A stretch of 64,000 nucleotides of DNA from an uncultured Nitrososphaerota archaeon (GTDB lineage Archaea; Korarchaeota; Korarchaeia; Korarchaeales; Korarchaeaceae), in the NCBI GenBank assembly GCA_964594835.1, contig CAZQNA010000004.1, positions 64,001 through 128,000 of the forward strand, given 5' to 3'. The position numbers and the translations under genes are program-made. The notes under the pieces were generated by a model. The model had not been told where the DNA came from. It worked only from the letters and a program-made list of their open reading frames with translations, and searched no databases. This document shows positions 1 through 7,113 of this stretch, piece by piece; the first letter of the stretch is position 1, and each line of letters starts with the position of its first letter.

Positions 1-1
1 G

Positions 2-298
2 CCGCTCTACATCAAGGAGGTGACCCTGAAGCTGGTGGCCCCCACACCCAATGGGGTGGAGGTCATCCGGGAGGCCCTCCTGAGGGGGACCTCGATACAG
101 TCGGAGAAGGTTTCGATCGAGGCGTTCACGGCCGGGGCCCCGAGGTACGTGGTGAGGGTCAGCAGCAGGGATCCCTCCCTGGTCAGGCGGATGGCCACCA
201 CGGCTACGAAGCGGATTCTGGAGGAGGTCAGGTCCTCGGGCGGGAGGGCCGAGGTGGTCTCGGAGAGGGAGGTAAGGAAGAGGACGGCAGAGGCCTGA
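2..298 (+). CDS. eif2a: translation initiation factor aIF-2 alpha, C-terminal part (truncated by window start)
   Basis: 'PNGVEVIREAL...GAPRYVVRVSS...GG' matches the aIF2a C-terminal domain; followed by nop10, the conserved archaeal gene order. Confidence 0.85.
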   Translation, partial: PLYIKEVTLKLVAPTPNGVEVIREALLRGTSIQSEKVSIEAFTAGAPRYVVRVSSRDPSLVRRMATTATKRILEEVRSSGGRAEVVSEREVRKRTAEA

Positions 299-309
299 GG
301 GGGGTGCGG

Positions 310-450
310 TTGCCCAGGCCGCTCATGAGGAGGTGCCTCTCCTGCTGGAGATACACGTTCAAGGAGGTGTGTCCGGTCTGCGGCTCCCCGACCCGTCGTC
401 CCGGGCCTCCTTCGTTCAGGGTCACGTCCCTCAGGCGTCAAGCGAGGTAG
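310..450 (+). CDS. nop10: H/ACA RNP protein Nop10 (below ORF-track size cutoff)
   Basis: Manual translation MPRPLMRRCLSCWRYTFKEVCPVCGSPTRRPGPPSF...; CxxC-YT-CPxCG zinc ribbon; TTG at 310 or in-frame ATG at 325, TAG ending at 450. Confidence 0.9.
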   Translation: MPRPLMRRCLSCWRYTFKEVCPVCGSPTRRPGPPSFRVTSLRRQAR

Positions 451-501
451 CCCCTTCTTCTCCCTTAGAACCTCCGCCGAGCCCCCGTAGATAGGGTGGC
501 G

Positions 502-577
502 TGGAGCCCCGGGCGGGATTCGAACCCGCGACCTGCGGATTACAAGTCCGCCGCTCTGCCCGCTGAGCTACCGGGGC
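502..577 (-). tRNA. tRNA-Thr(TGT), intron-less, CCA encoded
   Basis: Reverse complement GCCCCGGTAGCTCAG...GCGGA-CT-TGT-AA-TCCGC...GGTTCGAATCC...GGGGCTCCA folds as a cloverleaf. Confidence 0.95.
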
Positions 578-738
578 CCGGACTCATTCAGGGTGGGGCA
601 ATATTAGGCTTCAAGTTAGTCGATCGTCGAATGACTGCTCGACGTTTCACTCAATGAGGAGCCTCAGGGATCGTTTCCCAGAACCTGCCGGTCTGCCGAG
701 CGGACGCTGGCGGCTCAATTCCTCCGTTCCTCCCTTTG

Positions 739-788
739 AAACTGTTTTGCAACGGTTTGCAACGTTTTTCCGGGAAACCCATTAATAG
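739..788 (+). promoter_or_regulatory. putative S-layer gene promoter (BRE/TATA-like GGGAAACCCATTAATA) with upstream tandem/palindromic operator-like motif
   Basis: TTTGCAACG twice at 10-bp period (746-754, 756-764); imperfect palindrome AAACTGTT-TTGC-AACGGTTT; TATA-like TTAATA at 782-787. Confidence 0.5.
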
Positions 789-856
789 TCTCCTGACGTG
801 GGTGAGGTTAGCCCCCGCAAGACCGCTCAAGGGTCAGGCGGGGGAGGTGAAGAAGT

Positions 857-3517
857 ATGGACTGGAGAAAGGCAGCCTTTGCTGCCCTGCTGGCCGTGCT
901 GGTGGGGGTCTCTGCGCTCCCGCTGGCAGCCGAGCCTCTGATCAGGGAGTTCCCGAAGCCATTCGTGCAGAACGGAACCATCGACTACGACGGTGACGGA
1001 GTGCCCGACATCGCCATAATCATAGGTGGGCAGAAGCCCGGCATCGCCGCCGCGGCGGAGGACGTTAGGGGAGCCGCGCTCATCGGCGTGAAGATAGGCT
1101 CCCACCTCTACTACACCAAGGCCCCCAACCTGAAGGGGACCGACTACTGGATCGAGGAGCTGACCGCCGACGCCTGGCACAGGAGCTACAAGCAGTGGGA
1201 CTGGGGCGGCACTAACAGGGACGAGGGCTTCTGGTTCGACTTCGGCGGTGACCTGACCCTCATCACTTGGGACTACGACGACGACGGCCACGATGAGGTG
1301 GAGTACTACATCGACGAGGAGGACATCCCCGCCTTCAGCTGGGACTTCACTGAGGGGCAGGCCGCGCTCCCGCTCGACACCAAGACCTTCGCCCCCGACT
1401 ACCTGCTGGTGGTCGCCGGCTACTACAACGAGACCATTGAGGAGATACCCATATGCCCCGCGTGCCCAGGCCTCGGGGCCCACGAGTGCAAGGCCCCGGT
1501 GCTGGTCTACAGCGTCGGTTACATGCTCACCGACGACGACTATGACATCCTCGGCGACAACGTCCTCTTCGCTGAGCTCGGTAATACCGCTGCTCCCAGC
1601 GGTGGAGCCACCTGGATAATCAGCGGGTACGACCCTGCTACCTACCCCGGCTACACCGGCCTGCTGACCGGCAGTATATTCGTGATCTACAACGACGACT
1701 TCCACGACGGAACTAACACCGGCGACACCATAGGCGCTGAGGACATCTACACCGGCTACACCGAGAACTACTCGATGAACAAGCCCGGCTTCGCCATGCT
1801 GTTCAGCACCACCCCGGTCAAGACCGCCATCCTTGAGGAGGGCAAGGAGTACTACGTGCCGTTCCTCGGCTACTGGATCGAGGTCGACGACATCACCGAG
1901 GGCAACGCCTCCTTCATCGTGAGGGAGTCTGAGGGCGGTCCGATCAAGACCATGCTCAACCTCGAGTATGACGACACATTTGACCCTGACACGGGCAACG
2001 TGAACAAGCTGTTCATCTACTACAACGACCTCGGAGGTAACAGGCTGGAGGGCGCCGACTACAGCATGGTGTTCTTCCTCTACATCTACAGGATAGACAC
2101 GGACGACGACTACATGGAGGTCATGCTCAGCAGCCCGTGGATAGACAAGCACGTCTTCGACAGGAGCATGGCCAAGGATCCGAAGACCATGTGGAGCCCG
2201 ATGGAGGACAGCTGGCCGGCCGACGCCGACGTTGGTGACTTCGACTGGTGGATCGAAGACGGTTACTTCGTCGGCTGGGTCATCATCAACAACACCGACC
2301 ACGGTCCGTTCTCCGTCAAGATGGACCCGTGGGACAAGCTCCCGTACGACCACATCTACGGCATAGTCAGCTACACGTTCAACTCGACCGCTCCTCCGAC
2401 TAGGGTCTACTGGTACGTGATACCCGAGAACGGCACCTGGCACCTCGGTGACAAGAAGACCTACGGCGAGAACACCTTCATCTTCGACAACATCGAGGTC
2501 CTCGATACCCACGACGGCACCGCCGACTGCGGTCCGGTTGACTGCTGGGAGTGGGACGACTTCGGTGTCTTCCTCTACGAGGAGGACGAGGAGACCATCG
2601 TCCCGGAGGCCTGCTACTGGACCGACGACCTCACCTACCTGGTCCTCAACCGGACCATCGAGTTCAACCAGACCCTCGACGACGCTCTGAACCCGAACGT
2701 GGACCAGCACATAATCGACTACTACAGGCTGTACGAGATCTACCCGATCAACGTGACCGGCGTGTTCGCCGGCGTCTATGACAGGTTCGAGAACGTGACC
2801 GGAAACTGGACCGGCACCACCCTGCTCGACGAGTACAACACCGACATCACGCCCGCCGAGGAGCACGACCAGGTCTTCGAGCTGGAGGACGTCTTCAGCT
2901 TCGTGAAGGCTCCTCTGGTCTGGACCGACTACCAGTTCCTCGACGAGAACTACGAGGTCATCAACCCGGACCTCGCGGACAAGAACCTGATACTCGTCGG
3001 CGGTCCTGTGGTCAACAGGGCCGTTGACTACCTGAACGACACCGGCCTGCTCTGGATCGTCTACGTCGGCGACAGGCTCTACGACATGAGGTTCTATCAC
3101 GACGGCATCTACGAGGACGAGGGCTACGTCGACCTCGAGAGGGTCAGGACCTGGATCGGCGCCCACACCGTGTCCTTCGTGGGCGGTCTGGGCGTGATCC
3201 AGTACGCCAAGGAGGATCCGTGGGGCGAGGAGGACAACTACATCCTCATCGTCGCTGGCAACAACAGGTACGGCACCTACGCCGCCGCCGTCGCCCTGGC
3301 TGACCCGACCAAGGTCGTCAGGGTGCCGACCGACATACCGACCTACTACTACCTCGCTGGCACCGACGAGGAGCACCCGCCGGCGCTGATCGTCGTGGCG
3401 CTCCTGCCTGGAGTTGCCCCGCCGGCTCCGTGGGTGCCGCCCGAGCACAACAACATCGTCGAGATCACCTGGCCGACGCCGATCACCGTCGAGCCGGTCG
3501 TCTCTCCGGGAGGCTGA
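857..3517 (+). CDS. major S-layer (glyco)protein, Methanococcales/Thermococcales-type S_layer_N/S_layer_C family
   Basis: Signal peptide; N-terminal 'IIIG...AAAEDVRGAALIG' and C-terminal 'NLILVGGPVVN' / 'LIVAGNNRYGT' motifs; very acidic; many N-x-S/T sequons; strong C-ending codon bias typical of highly expressed genes. Confidence 0.85.
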   Translation: MDWRKAAFAALLAVLVGVSALPLAAEPLIREFPKPFVQNGTIDYDGDGVPDIAIIIGGQKPGIAAAAEDVRGAALIGVKIGSHLYYTKAPNLKGTDYWIEELTADAWHRSYKQWDWGGTNRDEGFWFDFGGDLTLITWDYDDDGHDEVEYYIDEEDIPAFSWDFTEGQAALPLDTKTFAPDYLLVVAGYYNETIEEIPICPACPGLGAHECKAPVLVYSVGYMLTDDDYDILGDNVLFAELGNTAAPSGGATWIISGYDPATYPGYTGLLTGSIFVIYNDDFHDGTNTGDTIGAEDIYTGYTENYSMNKPGFAMLFSTTPVKTAILEEGKEYYVPFLGYWIEVDDITEGNASFIVRESEGGPIKTMLNLEYDDTFDPDTGNVNKLFIYYNDLGGNRLEGADYSMVFFLYIYRIDTDDDYMEVMLSSPWIDKHVFDRSMAKDPKTMWSPMEDSWPADADVGDFDWWIEDGYFVGWVIINNTDHGPFSVKMDPWDKLPYDHIYGIVSYTFNSTAPPTRVYWYVIPENGTWHLGDKKTYGENTFIFDNIEVLDTHDGTADCGPVDCWEWDDFGVFLYEEDEETIVPEACYWTDDLTYLVLNRTIEFNQTLDDALNPNVDQHIIDYYRLYEIYPINVTGVFAGVYDRFENVTGNWTGTTLLDEYNTDITPAEEHDQVFELEDVFSFVKAPLVWTDYQFLDENYEVINPDLADKNLILVGGPVVNRAVDYLNDTGLLWIVYVGDRLYDMRFYHDGIYEDEGYVDLERVRTWIGAHTVSFVGGLGVIQYAKEDPWGEEDNYILIVAGNNRYGTYAAAVALADPTKVVRVPTDIPTYYYLAGTDEEHPPALIVVALLPGVAPPAPWVPPEHNNIVEITWPTPITVEPVVSPGG

Positions 3518-3528
3518 GACCTCCCCAC

Positions 3529-3555
3529 CCCCTTTCTTTTACTCTGGTTTTGTTC
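3529..3555 (+). terminator. putative oligo-pyrimidine (T-rich) archaeal terminator
   Basis: CCCTTTCTTTTACTCTGGTTTTGTT directly after the S-layer stop codon. Confidence 0.55.
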
Positions 3556-3842
3556 ACCTTCGACTCCTCTGCGGCTACTCCGTCCTCCTTATTGGGGTAT
3601 CCTCATGTCCAGGCTCCTCTTGAACGGTTGAGTGCCCACCTGGCCCGTGCGAGGTTCACCTGAGCCTGTCTTCTCCCTCTCGCCGCAAGCCTCCCCTCCA
3701 GAGGTTCTCCGGGCGGGCTCGCGGCACTGAACCCCAGGTCTCGTTAACGTCAGGATGATGTTTGGCGGGCCGCTCTGCCGCCGAAGGCTGGAGCCTATGA
3801 GATCTTTTTTAGTCCATTGGGCGGACCCTCCTGCGAGTAGAT

Positions 3843-6290
3843 ATGGGGCTCGTTGGCCCAGATGTGAACCGCAGGGCTTGGCTGGCTCCTCTCTTGGCCC
3901 TAGTGCTCCTCTCTCAGGTAGCTGTCCCCTCGGCGACCCAGCCTACGGGCGCCATAGAGGACTCCCTCGCCAAGTATGTCGTCTTTCTCACCGAGAAGAT
4001 TCCGGTGTCCCCCGACGTTACATCGGCCCCCATAGTCTTCACCCCCTCGGGGATAGTCTACGTCAACGTCGGACTGTACAGGCAGGATCCCAACCAGATG
4101 GTCAACGCGCTCGTTCTGGAGACGTTCAGCATATTTCTGATTAACGCGGATGCCCTGGGTCTATCTGGGGAGGCCGAGAAGCTCGCTATGGCCAGAGACT
4201 TTGGAACGGCAATAGCAGACTACCTGAACAAGGGCAGCCTATGGTTTGGGAGCGAGGGCAACGTGATTGACATTGACGCGTCCTACGGCGTACTCAGAGC
4301 CCTGCTCTGGGCTGTAAGGGCGGGTCTCGTCTCTGCAGACGATCCGAACATAGCGTCGAGCATATCCGCCCTCATGTCGGCTCAGAAGCAGGACGGAGGG
4401 TGGCCGATCAACCCGGTAAACCCGTCCGCCCCCTCCTACACCCTGTCTAACCCGCTCGTCACCGCACACGTCCTTGATGTCTTGGTCCAGGCGTACAGCT
4501 TGGGGATGGGCGAGCGGGTCAGGGGGCTCACCTCCTCGATCGAGAGGGCGGTGGACTACTTGGAGGGAGGCGCCATAAGGTCCGGCGGTGAGGTCTACTG
4601 GAACGAGATAACGTACAGGGGGTTCACCAGGGACCGCCTACAGGTGACTGCCGAGGTCTCCGACGCCCTGGCCAAGGCCGCGCTCCAGGGCTTCGAGGTT
4701 GACCACTCGATCCTCGCCGGGGCCGCCAAGTACCTGATGTCCTACATGTCGATGTACCAGCCGGACTGGGACATTGCAGTTCCGATACTCCACACCCTAC
4801 TCAGGATGAGCAGCCTAGGTGTGATAGACACCAAGGAGGTCAAGGTTCACGCAGGGCTCTACGTGGACCTCATCCTGGAGAAGCAGGACGAGGACTCCGG
4901 ACTCTGGTCCCCGCCTGGGTCCTACGGGGACATACTCACCGCCCTGGTATTCTCGAGCGAGATCGCCAGGTTCCTCCTGGACTGGTCCAAGGTGAGCACC
5001 ATCGACCTTAAGGTGTCGGCGTCGGGCCTGGGGTACTTCACAGAGTACGACCCCCCGAGGCTCGTGGAGGGGGGAGAGCTGAGGATATCCCTGGGGGTCG
5101 AGAATAGCGCCCCGAGGCCTAGGACCTTCGCGGTGGAGGTAAAGCTCCCCCCGGACCTGGAGCTCGTGTCCAACACGTCCAACCCGTTCGCCGTGGGAGC
5201 CTACGGAAACGGCTCCTTCTCGATAAAGATCAAGGCGGCCGGGGCCGTGGAGGGGGTCACTAACACCAGGGTCACCTTCCTCCTCAAGGATCACTCGGGT
5301 TACGTCCTCTACACTCGTCACTTCACCTTCGCCCTGGCCAGGGACGGGAGGCTCGAGATCCTGTCCAAGACGGTGAATCCTGGGAACGTGTCCCTTGGAG
5401 GAGTCGTAACCGTCTCCGTCTCCATGAGGAACCGCGGGGACATCCCGATCCAGGGGTGCGTCATAAGGGAGATCCTCGGCACGGGATTTGAGCTCCTGTC
5501 CCAGGGGGCGAACTACAGCGAGGTCGCCCAGGCCGCCATGTCTGGCTACCCCTACCTGGGGTACATCGAGCCTGACCAGACGGTGTCCTACACGTACGTG
5601 GTCAGGGCGGCCGAGGCTCCGCCCGGCACGATCTTGCTCTCTAGGACTACTGTAGAGTACTCGGACGCCCTGGGGAACCCCAGGAACGTGACCAGGGAGT
5701 CCTACGTGACCGTCAGGAGGCCCTTGGTCTACATGGAGCTGAACTCCTCGCAGCTGGACCTCCAGTGGGGAGAGGTCAGGGCCCTCTCCGTCACCCTGGC
5801 TAACGACGGTAACGCCGAGAGCAAGGAGGTAGTCCTAGTGGTGACGGGAAATCCGAAGGTCTCGATCTCGGTCCTGGGGGCGGACGCCCTCAACGCGACG
5901 GTGACGGCCCCCTCAGCCAGGGAGAGGAGGGTCAAGCTCGGCCCCCTGGGCCCGGGAGAGTCCGCGACCCTCACCGTGGCAGCCCGGGCGGGCTCCTTCT
6001 TCCTCTCCCCGAAGCAGAGCGACGTGATATCCCTCACGATGAGGTACTCCGACCCCGGGGGCCAAGTCTTCAGGGGTTTCTCGGACAGCGCGGTCGTCGA
6101 GGTTACCGTTAGGATGTCCACGAAGTTCAAGATACTGTTCATCTCGATCGCCGCCGTCGTGGGCCTCCTGCTGGCCGTCAGGATAGTGAGCTGGAGCAGG
6201 TCCAGGGAGAGGAGAAGGAGGAGGTACCCGCCGAGGAGGAGACCTGTCAGGAGGACCTCGAGGTCGCCGAGGAGGTCCAGGAGGATTTGA
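3843..6290 (+). CDS. membrane-anchored cell-surface protein: alpha/alpha-toroid (prenyltransferase/squalene-cyclase-like repeats) plus Ig-like (DUF11/CARDB-like) domains
   Basis: Signal peptide; QxxDGGW and QDEDSGLW repeats; repeated 'vtv..N.G' Ig-like motifs; C-terminal TM helix and Arg/Ser-rich tail. Confidence 0.6.
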   Translation: MGLVGPDVNRRAWLAPLLALVLLSQVAVPSATQPTGAIEDSLAKYVVFLTEKIPVSPDVTSAPIVFTPSGIVYVNVGLYRQDPNQMVNALVLETFSIFLINADALGLSGEAEKLAMARDFGTAIADYLNKGSLWFGSEGNVIDIDASYGVLRALLWAVRAGLVSADDPNIASSISALMSAQKQDGGWPINPVNPSAPSYTLSNPLVTAHVLDVLVQAYSLGMGERVRGLTSSIERAVDYLEGGAIRSGGEVYWNEITYRGFTRDRLQVTAEVSDALAKAALQGFEVDHSILAGAAKYLMSYMSMYQPDWDIAVPILHTLLRMSSLGVIDTKEVKVHAGLYVDLILEKQDEDSGLWSPPGSYGDILTALVFSSEIARFLLDWSKVSTIDLKVSASGLGYFTEYDPPRLVEGGELRISLGVENSAPRPRTFAVEVKLPPDLELVSNTSNPFAVGAYGNGSFSIKIKAAGAVEGVTNTRVTFLLKDHSGYVLYTRHFTFALARDGRLEILSKTVNPGNVSLGGVVTVSVSMRNRGDIPIQGCVIREILGTGFELLSQGANYSEVAQAAMSGYPYLGYIEPDQTVSYTYVVRAAEAPPGTILLSRTTVEYSDALGNPRNVTRESYVTVRRPLVYMELNSSQLDLQWGEVRALSVTLANDGNAESKEVVLVVTGNPKVSISVLGADALNATVTAPSARERRVKLGPLGPGESATLTVAARAGSFFLSPKQSDVISLTMRYSDPGGQVFRGFSDSAVVEVTVRMSTKFKILFISIAAVVGLLLAVRIVSWSRSRERRRRRYPPRRRPVRRTSRSPRRSRRI

Positions 6291-6338
6291 TCCCACCGTG
6301 GTCGCGGGTGGTGTGTGGTTAGGTAGGGGGGAGGAGGC

Positions 6339-6974
6339 ATGGCTGCGAGAAGGCGTCGAGACATTCGCCTCGGGATCGTCCTGACGGCCGTGATACTCGG
6401 GGCGGTCGGGGCCGCTTACGTCTACGTGGGCTTTCAGTCAACCAAGCAGAGCGTTCCCTTCTCGCTGGTCCTGGTGTTTGACCCGCAGGTAGCGGCGGAC
6501 CACGTAGAGATCTACTCAAAGATCTCGTACTCTCTGTCCCTGACGGCCAACGTCATGACGGCTGGGGCCTTTGGGAACACCTCCCACCTCCTCATCCTGG
6601 AGACCTACAGGCTATCCGAGGCCCCCAGCACCAACTCGTCTTTCCTTGTCATCAGGGGGCCGGAGGGGTGGCCACTGGACCCTGGCGTCTACCTGATTCA
6701 GGAGAACTCTACGGTGGTCGTGGCGGGGCGTAGCGAGGAGGAGCTGGCGATGTCCTTCGACAGGCTCATCCTCTGCTTGACGGGGAGGTACGCCATAGAC
6801 GTCGATCCGAAGACTCAGTACCTGGTCGTCGAGGTGCCAGGCCGGGGGCACAAGGTCGGGATTCCCTGGCTAAGCGGGAAACCGCTGGACGAGGTCCAGA
6901 AGGTCCAGATCTACGGCGGAAGCGAGGGAGACGTGGCACGGATTATCTTGGACGGGCTGATAGTCAGGGGGTGA
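6339..6974 (+). CDS. N-terminally anchored hypothetical surface protein
   Basis: Basic N-terminus plus hydrophobic helix; 'VVVAGRSEEELAMSFDRL' resembles the S_layer_C-type beta-AG-helix motif; GGAGG SD upstream. Confidence 0.55.
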   Translation: MAARRRRDIRLGIVLTAVILGAVGAAYVYVGFQSTKQSVPFSLVLVFDPQVAADHVEIYSKISYSLSLTANVMTAGAFGNTSHLLILETYRLSEAPSTNSSFLVIRGPEGWPLDPGVYLIQENSTVVVAGRSEEELAMSFDRLILCLTGRYAIDVDPKTQYLVVEVPGRGHKVGIPWLSGKPLDEVQKVQIYGGSEGDVARIILDGLIVRG

Positions 6975-6975
6975 G

Positions 6976-7053
6976 TGGCGGGCCCGGGGGGACTCGAACC
7001 CCCGACCTGCGGCTTAGAAGGCCGCCGCTCTGTCCTTGCTGAGCTACGGGCCC
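6976..7053 (-). tRNA. tRNA-Arg(TCT), intron-less, CCA encoded
   Basis: Reverse complement GGGCCCGTAGCTCAG...GCGGC-CT-TCT-AA-GCCGC...GGTTCGAGTCC...GGGCCCGCCA. Confidence 0.95.
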
Positions 7054-7113
7054 ACCTACGACTCCGGCCGAAGTCTGGAAATTAATAGTTGATCCGCCCT
7101 CTCCCGTTGGAGG

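Noticed and set aside
827-3448. 873-aa antisense ORF spanning the S-layer gene
   Set aside because: Shadow frame. The sense gene's strong C/G-ending codon bias avoids TTA/CTA/TCA, so the reverse frame lacks stops; the V/D/E/H-rich translation has no motifs.
3509-3517. S-layer protein ends in Gly-Gly (ubiquitin-like terminus)
   Set aside because: Secreted protein with a Pro-rich tail and no beta-grasp pattern; likely coincidence.
3750-3802. Possible C/D-box sRNA or riboswitch between the S-layer gene and the next gene
   Set aside because: Only a degenerate C-box and a GC hairpin; insufficient evidence.
502-7053. Integrated element bounded by tRNA-Thr and tRNA-Arg
   Set aside because: No integrase and no duplicated tRNA fragment (att site) seen; the enclosed genes look like core envelope genes.
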